Assembly: GCA_963422205.2 (NCBI GenBank)
Contig: CAXMWX010000001.1
Span: 416,001 to 480,000 of the forward strand
DNA: 64,000 nucleotides
Direction: 5' to 3'
Source of the DNA: Gammaproteobacteria bacterium
GTDB taxonomy: Bacteria > Pseudomonadota > Gammaproteobacteria > Eutrophobiales > Eutrophobiaceae
Made by a program: the position numbers and the translations under genes. The notes under the pieces were generated by a model. It did no database searches and was not told the origin of the DNA. It was given only the letters and a program-made list of their open reading frames with translations. Below, in pieces: positions 10,261-20,505 of the stretch. Position 1 is the first letter of the stretch. Each line of letters starts with the position of its first letter.

Positions 10261-10608
10261 TTAGTCAGACTGGGCCGGTCGGGCAGTATCCAGCAGGGTC
10301 TTTAACTCGCCGCTTTGGTACATCTCCAGGGTAATATCACAGCCGCCGACCAGCTCGCCATTGACGAACACCTGCGGGAAGGTGGGCCAGTTGGAGATGC
10401 CGGGCAGTGTGCCTCTGACCTCAGGGGCGGCCAACACATCCACATAGGCAAATTCCGCCCCGCAGGACTTCAGGGCCTCGGCGGTTTTCATGGAGAAGCC
10501 GCATTGTGGCAGGTCGGGTGTGCCTTTCATAAACAGCACGATGGGGTTCTCGGTGATGATCTTGTGCAGTTGCTGTTCTACAGTTTCCTGGGTTTCTTGT
10601 TCGGACAT
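10261..10608 (-). CDS. grxD: Monothiol glutaredoxin Grx4
   Basis: FMKGTP..PQCGFS, WPTFPQVFVNGELVGGCDI. Confidence 0.95.
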   Translation of the reverse strand: MSEQETQETVEQQLHKIITENPIVLFMKGTPDLPQCGFSMKTAEALKSCGAEFAYVDVLAAPEVRGTLPGISNWPTFPQVFVNGELVGGCDITLEMYQSGELKTLLDTARPAQSD

Positions 10609-10903
10609 GGCTCAATGCTCTCTGGTCAGTGTATGCCCTTGCCATCGGGCGTGTTATTAAGGCTCGCTTATCCTTGACATGCCAAAGTCTATACGGTTTC
10701 AGGCGATGATTGAAGCAGGATTGAAATATTTACGGGCCAGCCATCCGCACGGCCTCTACTGTCAGGAGATGCCCGCCGGCGCATCTTACGCCTGATCGCC
10801 GGATTTTTGTATCTGATATGTCGTGCATCAGGCGGGACTCGGCAGTATAATTGCGGCAGATTCGATACTCACCACCATTTGACCAACGTAAGGGGAATAG
10901 CTT

Positions 10904-11488
10904 ATGAATCCGCTAAAATCTGTATCGGGTACGATCACCCTGGGCTTTGTTGTTGCCATTGTCCTGCTGCTTGCCTTCGGTAATCGCACATTGAACATGT
11001 GGTCACTGACTGTCTGGCTGCATGTATTCTTTGGCGTGCTGTGGATTGGCCTGTTGTATTACTTTAACTTCGTTCAGGTGCCGGCCATCGCCCAGGCGAC
11101 CGGCGATACCGACGGCCCCGGCCCGGCCGCCATCAATAAATACATCGCCCCCAAGGCGTTGTTCTGGTTCCGATGGGCGGCGGTTTTGACCTGGCTCACC
11201 GGTGCGGCCGCCCTGGAGATCATGGGGGTTGGGCTGGTCAATGCCTTTGCCCTGAAACCGGGCGCTTGGGTGATCGGCTTAGGTGCCTGGATGGGTACGA
11301 TCATGTTGTTTAATGTCTGGGTTTTGATCTGGCCGAACCAGAAAAAAGTGCTGGGCATCGTGCCGGCCAGCGATGAGGAGAAGGCGAGGGCAAAAATGGT
11401 GGCGCTGATGGCCTCCAGAACGAACACCTTCCTGTCCATCCCGATGCTGATGTGCATGGTTGGCCACGGCCACGGCCTACCCTTCTGA
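10904..11488 (+). CDS. Urate hydroxylase PuuD-family membrane protein
   Basis: WLHV..G..WIGLLYYFNFVQVP, ALFWFRWAA, FNVWVLIWPNQKK, SRTNT.LSIPML. Confidence 0.8.
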   Translation: MNPLKSVSGTITLGFVVAIVLLLAFGNRTLNMWSLTVWLHVFFGVLWIGLLYYFNFVQVPAIAQATGDTDGPGPAAINKYIAPKALFWFRWAAVLTWLTGAAALEIMGVGLVNAFALKPGAWVIGLGAWMGTIMLFNVWVLIWPNQKKVLGIVPASDEEKARAKMVALMASRTNTFLSIPMLMCMVGHGHGLPF

Positions 11489-11524
11489 TCGTTGCCAGGC
11501 ATATCATTGACAGCACAATCGCCG

Positions 11525-11553
11525 GCCCGGCTTTTGCCGGGCTTGTTAGTTTT
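11525..11553 (+). terminator. Probable intrinsic terminator
   Basis: GCCCGGC-TTTT-GCCGGGC hairpin followed by a T-rich tract just after the PuuD-family gene. Confidence 0.55.
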
Positions 11554-11585
11554 AAGCACGGCGCACACGCATCACATCGGCCATC

Positions 11586-11634
11586 CCCCGGTCATGACCC
11601 CGGCCATGACCCCGGCCATGATCCTGGCCTGTGA
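11586..11634. repeat. 12-bp tandem repeat CCCCGGYCATGA x3 plus one degenerate copy
   Basis: Units at 11586, 11598, 11610 and a degenerate one at 11622, just upstream of argD. Confidence 0.8.
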
Positions 11635-11655
11635 TCTTAACCATCATCCTGACCC

Positions 11656-12837
11656 ATGACCTCGGCAATCATGCCCACTTATGCACGCCAGAATATCGGT
11701 TTTGAGTCTGGCGAGGGTGCCTGGCTGACGGCGACCGATGGCGGGCGCTACCTTGATGCCGTGAGCGGGATCTCGGTGTGTAACCTGGGGCATGCCCACC
11801 CGGCCGTGCATCAGGCCATCAGCCGGCAGTCGCAAAAGCTGCTGCATACTTCAAATCTCTATCAGATCCCCTTGCAGGAGGCACTGGCAGCAAAGCTGGC
11901 ATCGCTGGCCGGCATGGAGATGGTCTTCTTCGGTAATTCGGGGGCGGAGGCGAACGAGGCCGCCATCAAGCTGTCTCGGAAATGGGGCGCCGATAACGGC
12001 ATGACCGCCCCGTTGATAGTGACCATGACCGGCGGGTTTCATGGCCGGACGATGGCGACCCTGACCGCCACGGGTAATGCGAAGATAAAAGTAGGCTTTG
12101 CGCCCTTGCTGCCCGGTTTTATCCATGTGCCTTACAATGATATCGATGCTTTGCAGCAGGTGCTGGCAGCTCACGAGCAGGTCGCTGCTGTGATGCTGGA
12201 GCCGGTGTTGGGCGAGGGGGGGGTGGTGGTGCCGGATGCCGGATATCTGGCCGCGGTCAGGGGTTTGTGTGATGCCCATCACTGCCTGATGGTTGTCGAT
12301 GAGATACAAACCGGCCTGTGCCGAACCGGCAGGTGGTTTGCCTATCAGCATGAACAGATAATCCCCGATGTGGTCACGCTGGCCAAGTCACTGGGCAATG
12401 GCGTGCCTATCGGTGCGTGTATGGCACAGGCCAGGGTGAGCGGCGTCTTGCAGCCGGGTCAGCATGGCTCGACTTTTGGCGGCAATCCGCTGGCAGCGAG
12501 TGCTGCCCTGGCGGTGTTACAGACCCTGCAAGCGGAGAATATGCCGGCCAGGGTAGAGCGCCTGGGCCAAGCCATGCTGGCAGGTTTGGAGGCAAGGCTG
12601 GCAGCCCAGCCGCTGGTGCGGGATATTCGTGGCAAAGGGCTTATGCTCGGTATTGAGTTGACCATGCCCTGTGCCGGGCTGGTCGCCGATGCCCGGCGAG
12701 AGCATCTGCTGATTAATGTCACGGCGATGAATGTGATACGGTTATTGCCGCCGTTTATTATCACCGATGAGGAGGCACAGATGATCGTGGATATTGTCAG
12801 TCGTGTGATCGAGCGCCTGGCAGAGGCAGCCCCATGA
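11656..12837 (+). CDS. argD: Acetylornithine aminotransferase
   Basis: NSGAEANEAAIK, FHGRT, DEIQTG, AKSLGNGVPIGA, HGSTFGGNPLA; adjacent to argF. Confidence 0.92.
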   Translation: MTSAIMPTYARQNIGFESGEGAWLTATDGGRYLDAVSGISVCNLGHAHPAVHQAISRQSQKLLHTSNLYQIPLQEALAAKLASLAGMEMVFFGNSGAEANEAAIKLSRKWGADNGMTAPLIVTMTGGFHGRTMATLTATGNAKIKVGFAPLLPGFIHVPYNDIDALQQVLAAHEQVAAVMLEPVLGEGGVVVPDAGYLAAVRGLCDAHHCLMVVDEIQTGLCRTGRWFAYQHEQIIPDVVTLAKSLGNGVPIGACMAQARVSGVLQPGQHGSTFGGNPLAASAALAVLQTLQAENMPARVERLGQAMLAGLEARLAAQPLVRDIRGKGLMLGIELTMPCAGLVADARREHLLINVTAMNVIRLLPPFIITDEEAQMIVDIVSRVIERLAEAAP

Positions 12838-13745
12838 TCAGACACTTCCTGACCTTGAGCGATCTGAGAAAGGCGGAGTTGCTGGCGCTGATTGATGATG
12901 CCCGCCGGCTGAAATCTGCCCTGGCCGAGGGGCATAGGGACCGATCCTGTCTCGGCAAGGTGCTGGCGATGCTGTTTGCCAAGTCGTCCACCCGCACTCG
13001 GGTGGCATTTGAGACAGCGATGGTGCAGATGGGCGGCCATGCCATTTTTCTGTCTGCCCACGATACCCAGTCAGGCCGGGGCGAGCCGGCCGAGGATACC
13101 GCACGGGTGTTGTCCCGGATGGTTGACATTATCATGCTGCGTACGCACTCTCATGCCGAGCTTGCGACCTTTGCGAACTATGCCAGTATCCCGGTGATCA
13201 ACGGCCTGTCTGACAGCCATCATCCCTGTCAGGTGCTGGCCGATATCCAGACTTACATGGAACACCGGGGCCCTATTGAAGGGAGGAAGGTGGCCTGGTT
13301 TGGTGATGGGAACAATATGTGCCATTCCTGGATCGAGGCGGCCGGGCTGCTGGGCTTTGAGCTTGCCATCGCCTGCCCGCCGGCCTACCCGCCTGATGCG
13401 GCTGTCATGGCGGCCGCTGGCGGGCAGGTCACGCTCACCGACAACCCGAAGCAGGCTGCCCGTGGTGCTGATCTGTTGCTGACCGATGTCTGGACCAGCA
13501 TGGGACAGGAAGAGGAGGCACGGATACGGCAACAGGTGTTTGCGCCGTTTCAGGTCAACAGCGATACGATGCAGCAGGCCGCCACAGATGCCTTGTTCAT
13601 GCACTGCCTGCCTGCCCATCGAGGCGAGGAGGTGACTGCCGAGGTGATTGACGGGCCGCAGAGTGTGGTCTGGGATGAGGCGGGCAACCGCCTGCATGCA
13701 CATAAGGCGTTATTGCGTTTTTTGCTTGGCAACGGCGCGCAGTAA
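12834..13745 (+). CDS. argF: Ornithine carbamoyltransferase
   Basis: SSTRTR, HPCQ, DVWTSMGQE, HCLPAHRGEE. Confidence 0.97.
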   Translation: MIRHFLTLSDLRKAELLALIDDARRLKSALAEGHRDRSCLGKVLAMLFAKSSTRTRVAFETAMVQMGGHAIFLSAHDTQSGRGEPAEDTARVLSRMVDIIMLRTHSHAELATFANYASIPVINGLSDSHHPCQVLADIQTYMEHRGPIEGRKVAWFGDGNNMCHSWIEAAGLLGFELAIACPPAYPPDAAVMAAAGGQVTLTDNPKQAARGADLLLTDVWTSMGQEEEARIRQQVFAPFQVNSDTMQQAATDALFMHCLPAHRGEEVTAEVIDGPQSVVWDEAGNRLHAHKALLRFLLGNGAQ

Positions 13746-13766
13746 ATCAAGAGATCAGTCACGGGT

Positions 13767-14426
13767 ATGAGCGCTAATTTTCAGGGTATCGGCATGACTT
13801 CGCAGCGCTCCCGCAATCGCCTGGTGGCACAGTTGCGGGACATGGGCATACAGTCAGAACATGTGCTGAACGCCATCGCCAACACCCCAAGACATATCTT
13901 TGTGGATGAGGCGCTCGCCAGTCGGGCGTATGATAATACCGCCCTGCCCATCGGCCATAATCAGACCATCTCCCAGCCCTATATTGTTGCCCGCATGACC
14001 GAGGCGCTGCTGCAACATGGCGGCTTGCAGCGGGTGCTGGAAGTGGGCACAGGGTGCGGCTACCAGACGGTGATCCTGGCGCAATTTGTCGCCGAGGTGT
14101 GCAGCGTGGAGCGCATTGATGCCTTGTTGACCAAGGCCAGAGAGAGATTCCATGCCCTGAAATACCGCAACATCAAGGCAAAACATGGTGATGGTCACCT
14201 GGGCTGGGCCGAATACAGCCCGTTCGATGGTATTCTGGTGGCCGCCGCCCCGGCGGGTGTGCCGCAGTCGCTGGTAGCCCAGTTGGCCATGGGTGGCCGG
14301 CTGGTGATCCCGGTGGGGCAGCGTGGCGAGCAGGCGCTCTTGTGTATCAAACGGACCGAGGACGGGCTGATTGAAGAGCGTCTTGACTGGGTAAGTTTTG
14401 TGCCCATGCTGGATGGGCGAGGCTGA
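13767..14426 (+). CDS. pcm: Protein-L-isoaspartate O-methyltransferase (canonical, pcm-nlpD-rpoS locus)
   Basis: GIGMTSQRSR, ALPIGHNQTISQPY, VLEVGTGCGYQT; synteny with nlpD-rpoS. Confidence 0.95.
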   Translation: MSANFQGIGMTSQRSRNRLVAQLRDMGIQSEHVLNAIANTPRHIFVDEALASRAYDNTALPIGHNQTISQPYIVARMTEALLQHGGLQRVLEVGTGCGYQTVILAQFVAEVCSVERIDALLTKARERFHALKYRNIKAKHGDGHLGWAEYSPFDGILVAAAPAGVPQSLVAQLAMGGRLVIPVGQRGEQALLCIKRTEDGLIEERLDWVSFVPMLDGRG

Positions 14427-14435
14427 TACGGCCCC

Positions 14436-15310
14436 ATGCGCTTGCCTGGCAGATGCAAACTCCCTATCCTGGCTATTGCCGTGGCGATTGTGCTGATGAT
14501 TTGCCATGGTTGCAGCACAACGGCCACGGCGCCCGTGAGGAGTCAATCAACAGCCAGAGAAACGCCTGACACCCATACCCGCCGTGCCTTGCCAGCCAAA
14601 GAAAACACTGCCACAGCGGCCAGCCACACCGTCAAAAAAGGCGATACGCTGTATTCCATCGCCTGGCGTTACCAGCATGATTATCGCAACATCGCCCGCT
14701 GGAACACCATCAGCAAACCTTACACCATCTACCCCGGCCAGGTGTTGCATCTCATCCCCAAACCAACCCCTGCTGCCATGCCATCCTCAAGCGCAGATAA
14801 AAAGGCCGCCAGATCATTACAGCCAGGGCCTATCGTGGCCGAACAGCTCAAAACAAAACCCGCCAGGCAAAAGCCAGCGATCAGCAAAACAACGCCGCCT
14901 GTCAGCAACCCAAAGGCCAGGGCGTCAAAAGTTGTGGCCAGCATCAGATGGCAATGGCCGGCCAGTGTCCACCTGCTGAAGACAAGCACGGGCAAGCGCA
15001 ATAAAGGCGTTGATTTTAATGGCAGGCAGGGACAGAAAATTTTTGCGGCAGCGGCGGGCGAAGTGGTATACAGTGGCCGTGGGTTACTCGGTTACGGCAA
15101 GCTGATCATTATCAAACACAACGACAGATATTTAAGCGCCTATGCCTACAACAGAAAGCTCCTTGTACAGGAGGGGCAGACAGTCGCCGCCGGCAGCAGA
15201 TCGCCACCATGGGCATCGGCATCAAGGGCTTGCCGACGCTGCACTTTGAGATTCGAAAAGACGGCAAACCCACCAATCCGTTACACTATCTGCCACGCCA
15301 GCAGACCTGA
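14436..15310 (+). CDS. nlpD: LysM/M23 lipoprotein NlpD, apparent 1-nt frameshift near 15192
   Basis: Lipobox-like HGC, Lys[16 protein letters not shown]23 [11 protein letters not shown]; the normal C-terminus QQIATMG...[19 protein letters not shown] is in another frame ending at TGA 15308-15310. Confidence 0.88.
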
Positions 15311-15317
15311 ACAAAGC

Positions 15318-16286
15318 ATGATCCACTCTGGCAAAGAGACAGACCGAAGTAAGCTGGAAGAGGTGGGGCTTGAGGGGACGTTGACAGAGGATATGGCCGA
15401 GTTGACCGGCGGCACTGACACCACGCTCAATGAATTGAGCCGTGCGGGCGATTTGGATGCCACCCGTCTGTATTTGAACGAAATCGGTTTCTCGCCGCTG
15501 CTGACCGCCGAGGAAGAAGTGCATTATTCCAGGCTGGCATTGCAGGGCGATGAGCGGGCCCGCCAGCGCATGATAGAGAGTAACCTTCGGCTGGTGGTGA
15601 AGATTGCCAAGCGCTACATGAACAGAGGGCTGGCGCTGCTGGATCTGATAGAAGAGGGTAATCTGGGTTTGATCCGGGCGGTGGAGAAATTCGATCCGGA
15701 ACGAGGTTTCAGGTTCTCAACCTATGCCACCTGGTGGATACGGCAAACCATTGAGCGTGCGCTGATGAACCAGACCAGAACGGTGCGGCTGCCCATACAT
15801 GTCATCAAAGAGATCAATATCTACCTGCGTGCCGCCAGGAAACTGGCACAAACCCTGGACCGGGAGCCAAGCACAGAGGATATAGCAGCAATGCTGGATC
15901 AGCCGATTGCGGAGGTGAAAAAACTGCTGGGTTTGAACGAAAGAGTGGCCTCGGTGGACGCCCCTGCCAGCCGTGATAATGATAAATCATTGCTTGAGAC
16001 CATCGCCGATGAACATAATATCGATCCATCTTTGTTGTTACAGGATGACGATGTCAGGCAACACATAGATATCTGGTTAAGCCAGTTGACAGACAAACAA
16101 CGTGCGGTCGTGGAGAGACGCTTCGGTCTGCACGGCAGAGAGGCGGCGACATTAGAGGAAATCGGGCTTGAACTGGGCGTCACCAGAGAGCGAATCCGGC
16201 AAATACAGATCGAGGCGATCAAGCGCCTGCGTCTGATTTTGCGGCGAGAAGGTTTTTCTGTTGATGCCTTGTTTGATGATAGTTAG
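15318..16286 (+). CDS. rpoS: RNA polymerase sigma factor RpoS
   Basis: [61 protein letters not shown]; own ATG at 15318. Confidence 0.95.
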   Translation: MIHSGKETDRSKLEEVGLEGTLTEDMAELTGGTDTTLNELSRAGDLDATRLYLNEIGFSPLLTAEEEVHYSRLALQGDERARQRMIESNLRLVVKIAKRYMNRGLALLDLIEEGNLGLIRAVEKFDPERGFRFSTYATWWIRQTIERALMNQTRTVRLPIHVIKEINIYLRAARKLAQTLDREPSTEDIAAMLDQPIAEVKKLLGLNERVASVDAPASRDNDKSLLETIADEHNIDPSLLLQDDDVRQHIDIWLSQLTDKQRAVVERRFGLHGREAATLEEIGLELGVTRERIRQIQIEAIKRLRLILRREGFSVDALFDDS

Positions 16287-16310
16287 ATCATGCCCGGCGA
16301 TGCTCACCCC

Positions 16311-16688
16311 TCAATTCGCCGCAATGAACAGCAAGGCAACGACCCGCCGGGCTTCGCCTGAGAGAAAATTAAACGAGCGGCAAGCCGCCCCCGTATCCAT
16401 GATCTCCATGCCGATATTGTGTTCAAACAGGGTCTGGCAAATGCCATCAGCCGGATAATGCAAGGTCGCCCCGCTGCCGAATAAAACGATTTCAGGCTGC
16501 ATGGAGATGACTGTATCGAGTTGATGTTGTTGCAACTTGGCAATATGTGCGGGCAGCAGGTCTTCGATAATGCGCTCATCACCGATGATAATGCTGCGTG
16601 TATAAACACGATCAGCCACTGAAACTGACGCATCGGAATAGGCCGTGATGTTAAGCCCGCTGGCGAGCGTGTTCAGTTCCAGTTTCAC
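16311..16688 (-). CDS. Mth938-like domain protein
   Basis: [38 protein letters not shown]. Confidence 0.85.
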   Translation of the reverse strand: MKLELNTLASGLNITAYSDASVSVADRVYTRSIIIGDERIIEDLLPAHIAKLQQHQLDTVISMQPEIVLFGSGATLHYPADGICQTLFEHNIGMEIMDTGAACRSFNFLSGEARRVVALLFIAAN

Positions 16689-16720
16689 TTATCCAGGCGA
16701 TTAAAAGTCGAGGGAAATTT

Positions 16721-17383
16721 ATGAAAATCATATTATTAGGCCCGCCGGGTGCTGGCAAGGGAACACAGGCAAAATTTATCCAGGCCGAGTTTAACATACC
16801 TCAAATCTCCACTGGCGATATGTTACGGGCGGCGGTCAATGCCGGCACGGATCTGGGTCGGCAGGCCAAAGATGTGATGGATGCGGGCGAGTTGGTTTCC
16901 GATGAACTCATTATCGAGCTGGTGAAGGTGCGTATCAAGGCAGATGACTGTGCTGGCGGCTATCTGTTTGATGGCTTCCCCAGAACACTGACACAGGCCA
17001 AAGCCATGCTGGCAAACGACATTGCCATAGACTGTGTGGTTGAGATCCATGTTGATGATGAGGAGATCATAAAACGGCTGGTCGGCAGGCGCATTCATCC
17101 CGGCTCCGGGCGTGTGTATCATATTATCAACAATCCACCAGGGCAGGCAGGCAAAGACGATATGACCGGTGAAGCGCTGATACAAAGAGATGATGACAAA
17201 GAACAAACCGTGCGAAAACGCTTGCAGGTGTATCATCAACAAACAGCACCGTTAATTAAATACTACCAGCATAACGATCAGGATGATGCGCTGAAGGCAA
17301 TTAAATACCTGCGTTTCAGCGGTATGGCAGATGTCGAACAAATCACTGCCGAGATGATCAGCAGTTTGCGTGATTTTGCCTGA
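16721..17383 (+). CDS. adk: Adenylate kinase
   Basis: [44 protein letters not shown]. Confidence 0.98.
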   Translation: MKIILLGPPGAGKGTQAKFIQAEFNIPQISTGDMLRAAVNAGTDLGRQAKDVMDAGELVSDELIIELVKVRIKADDCAGGYLFDGFPRTLTQAKAMLANDIAIDCVVEIHVDDEEIIKRLVGRRIHPGSGRVYHIINNPPGQAGKDDMTGEALIQRDDDKEQTVRKRLQVYHQQTAPLIKYYQHNDQDDALKAIKYLRFSGMADVEQITAEMISSLRDFA

Positions 17384-17588
17384 GTGAGAGCATAAGCAGC
17401 ATGGCTTGCCGATGCCCTTGCCTGTTTGTATGCTTGCCCGTTGGTTGATCCAATGACAGCATTTAAATTTTTTTATAAAAAAGTTAGCAAAAATAAAAAA
17501 CATTACTATAATTGTTACGTTTAATGTGGTTGTGTTGTAGAGAATCAACTTTCAATTCACTAATTTAAGTTCAGGGGAGTCTATTGAT

Positions 17589-17879
17589 ATGGCGAAGAAG
17601 GCGGCAAAGAAACGGCCTGCTAAGAAGAAAGTGGCCAATAGGAAAGTAGCCAGGAAGGTGGCTAAAAAGAAGGTAGCGAAGAAAAAAGTTACCAAGAAAA
17701 AGGCTAAGAAAAAAGTAGCGAAGAAGGCGGCCAAAAAGAAGGCGGCAAAGAAAAAAGCCACCAAGAAGAAAGCTGCCAAGAAAAAGGCCAAGAAAAAAGT
17801 AGCGAAGAAGGCCACTAAAAAGAAAGTGACCAGAAAAAAAGCTGCCAGGAAAAAGGCAACAAAAGCGAAAAAAAAATAA
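17589..17879 (+). CDS. Histone H1-like Lys/Ala-rich DNA-binding protein
   Basis: 96 aa almost entirely K/A/V/R/T (AKKKVAKK repeats); GGGGAG ribosome-binding site and an AT-rich upstream region. Confidence 0.8.
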   Translation: MAKKAAKKRPAKKKVANRKVARKVAKKKVAKKKVTKKKAKKKVAKKAAKKKAAKKKATKKKAAKKKAKKKVAKKATKKKVTRKKAARKKATKAKKK

Positions 17880-18092
17880 CGTTCTGGTACGCATAGCGAC
17901 CAGGCAGAGCGCCCAGGCAATCATCAAAGCCCGGCGAGACAAACGTCGAGAGTTAGCCAGGCGGTTAGCTGGCAAGCCGGAATAGAAAACCAGGCTGAAT
18001 CAGAGGACGGAAGTCGGAGGACAGATAGCGGCAGCTGTTTGATCACGGCAACGTGCGTACTCCCCGGACAAGTACACCGGGCAAGCACGGCT

Positions 18093-19290
18093 TTAGTGTG
18101 TCTGCCCGGGGTGTGCGCCAACACGGATCGTCTGGTATGTCCACGCCTGCTCCACCGCCTGATCAGCCGGGATCCCGGCTTTTTGTTTTAATTGTTCAAG
18201 GAAGCGGGCGGGCGATTCGATCGACTCCCATACCGAGGGCAGAAAAGTCGCCTGACGGCGGCCGTTGCTAATAATCAGCCCATCGATTGCCCCGGGCGTA
18301 GTTGCGAGATTAACTCGGCCTCATCGGTGAACTGCACACCGCTGGCAGGTGTCAGGATGGAGAGTTCTATCTCAATATCGGCCAACTCATCTGCCGGGAA
18401 GCGCGGGTCATGAAAGGCCGCCTGCCACGTGCTGTTCACCACGCTATGCACCAGCGGCTCTATCGCCTCGGTCGTGCCCATGCAGCCGCGCAGCCTGCCC
18501 TGTTTATGCAGCGTGACGAAGGTGGCGCGCGCTGGTTAATGCCGCCGGGAAAGAATCCGCATTGACCGCCAGCTTGTTGCCGGATGCAACACCGGTCTTG
18601 AGCGTCCGCCAGGCCAGTTCAAGCAACCCTGCCTTGTCATGCGCCGTGCAGTGTGCCTGTTCGGTCAGCGTGTACGCACCATAGCCCACCACCCGCTCAT
18701 GGCTGCCCGCCGTATCGCCGGAGTTGATGGTCGCCAGCACCGAGATGTGCATCTGCTCATCACGTGCCGGGGCCAGTAAACCGCGCAAAGGCATACAACC
18801 ACAGGCGTGCTGCGGCCCGATTCTCTCCAGCGCAAGATCAGCGATGGCATCTGAGGTGGCCGCATCCATTTTCTGTGCCACCGCATAGGTATGGTAATGG
18901 CTCAGATCGGAGCTGACGATGATCAGCGTCTCTTCACCGCCCCATACCATTTACAGGACTTGCTTGACCTCTTGCGGTGGGGTATGACCACGAGCAGCGG
19001 CAACAGGGCAAACTCATGCAGGCAGGCTTGCAAAAACGGCAGCTGCACTTCCAGGCTGTGTTCCATGTCGTGGGCGGCTTCCAGTACCTACACTTGGGGT
19101 AATGTTTTCAGCCGGGCCATGCTGTGCCAGTCCAGCACAATACGGCCCGGCGGCGTGGCAAAATGACTGTGCTCACTGAGGGCAATCCCCTCCAGTGCCA
19201 CCCGGTGGGCCGGGCCTAACACCACCACCCGCTTGATCTTCTCCTTGACTGTGGCCAGCGTGGCATAGGCCCTGGCGGCGGCATCACCGG
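18093..19290 (-). pseudogene. AmmeMemoRadiSam system protein B (MEMO1)-protein A (AMMECR1) fusion, degraded
   Basis: Fragments AARAYATL, VVVLGPAHRV, EHSLEVQLPFLQ, SSDLSHY, NSGDTAG..ERVVGYGA, then ATFVTL..LRGCMG, AAFHDPRFP, QATFLPSVWE, KQKAGI, in several frames with in-frame stops; the 5' end is missing. Confidence 0.85.
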
Positions 19291-19369
19291 TGTTCGGATC
19301 TGCATCCGGTTTTAATTCAACATGAATGGTCAACTTATCCAGGTTACCGCTGCGCTTGATCTCGATTTG

Positions 19370-20431
19370 CTAACCCGGCGACTTTGCATCCAGATAAGCG
19401 AGCAGTTCAGCATAAGCCTCTGGATAACAGGCATCAAAATCCTGTTTGTATTTCCGATAGACAATGGCCGCTGTCTCTCTGGTGTAATGGTCTTTCCATT
19501 CATCCCTGTGGGCTTGTGACTTGCGGTGATGAGGCAGGGGGTTTAAGTGGTACTTTTCTCTGATGGGTTCAAATTCTTTGATGAGGTTTTCATACCGACC
19601 GATAAAGTCAGGCGATGGCTGGTTTTTTTTGTATAGACAGAAATATTGACCGGTAAAATGTTCGTCGGTCAAACACATGGGAATTTTGTTTATTTTCTTT
19701 ATGAACGTCTCAAAGTCTTTTACCTGCCTTAAATACCCGCCCAGATAATACTGGTAGTATGAGACCATAATCCTTTCCTTATAACAGGAATAGAGCCTGG
19801 AGAAAGGATTGCGGACAAAAGTAAATTTGAAATAATCCACACTCTCCGGCAATGATCGTAAATTTCTCTGCGTGAAATTTGTTCCTTGTCCAGCAGGTTC
19901 ATCAAGCAGCGCTTCCCGAAGTGAGGTACTGGCATTCTTGCATAGATTGAAGTAGATGATATTCCTTTTCTCATCGATCACATAGTCACTGCCCCGGTAG
20001 TGAGGTATGCCCTGGTGGTTGAGTATAATAAGACGTACTGCCGACCATACAGGCTCTGGCAGGTGTTTTTTCAGCAGCGCCTTGAGTTTGGCGGTCTGCG
20101 GTCTGCGGTCTGCGGTCTGCGGTCTGCGGTCTGCGGTCTGCGGTCTGCGGTCTGCGGTCTGCGGTCTGCGGTCTGCGGTCTGCGGTCTGCGGTCTGCGGT
20201 CTGCGGTCTGCGGTCTGCGGTCTGCGGTCTGCGGTCTGCGGTCTGCGGTCTGCGGTCTGCGGTCTGCGGTCTGCGGTCTGCGGTCTGCGGTCTGCGGTCT
20301 GCGGTCTGCGGTCTGCGGTCTGCGGTCTGCGGTCTGCGGTCTGCGGTCTGCGGTCTGCGGTCTGCGGTCTGCGGTCTGCGGTCTGCGGTCTGCGGTCTGC
20401 GGTCTGCGGTCTGCGGTCTGCGGTCATTCAT
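19370..20431 (-). CDS. Sulfotransferase family 2 protein with N-terminal (DRRPQTA)16 tract
   Basis: PAPS-binding-like [35 protein letters not shown]; AT-richer than the flanking core genes. Confidence 0.85.
   Translation of the reverse strand: MNDRRPQTADRRPQTADRRPQTADRRPQTADRRPQTADRRPQTADRRPQTADRRPQTADRRPQTADRRPQTADRRPQTADRRPQTADRRPQTADRRPQTADRRPQTADRRPQTAKLKALLKKHLPEPVWSAVRLIILNHQGIPHYRGSDYVIDEKRNIIYFNLCKNASTSLREALLDEPAGQGTNFTQRNLRSLPESVDYFKFTFVRNPFSRLYSCYKERIMVSYYQYYLGGYLRQVKDFETFIKKINKIPMCLTDEHFTGQYFCLYKKNQPSPDFIGRYENLIKEFEPIREKYHLNPLPHHRKSQAHRDEWKDHYTRETAAIVYRKYKQDFDACYPEAYAELLAYLDAKSPG
20090..20425. repeat. Heptanucleotide simple sequence repeat (GACCGCA on minus strand), about 48 units
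   Basis: 336-nt tract of TGCGGTC on the plus strand, starting two codons after the sulfotransferase ATG; the last unit has one mismatch. Confidence 0.97.
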
Positions 20432-20505
20432 AATGTTCTACCAGAAAACAGCGTACTTGGCAAGCTGGCTCTGATGTTGGCCGGGAGGGTCTGGCGGCAG
20501 ATATA

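Noticed and set aside
14436-16286. 616-aa ORF as a genuine evolved NlpD-sigma fusion
   Set aside because: The intact NlpD C-terminus and stop are present in the neighbouring frame; one indel explains the fusion.
17552-17975. Phe/Leu-rich minus-strand ORFs resembling membrane proteins
   Set aside because: Antisense shadows of the Lys-rich histone-like gene, which has the ribosome-binding site.
18165-18189. AGCCGGGATCCCGGC-TTTTTG as terminator of a ~300-nt sRNA
   Set aside because: It lies within the AMMECR1-like coding remnant on the minus strand (KQKAGIPA), so it is not independent evidence for an RNA gene.
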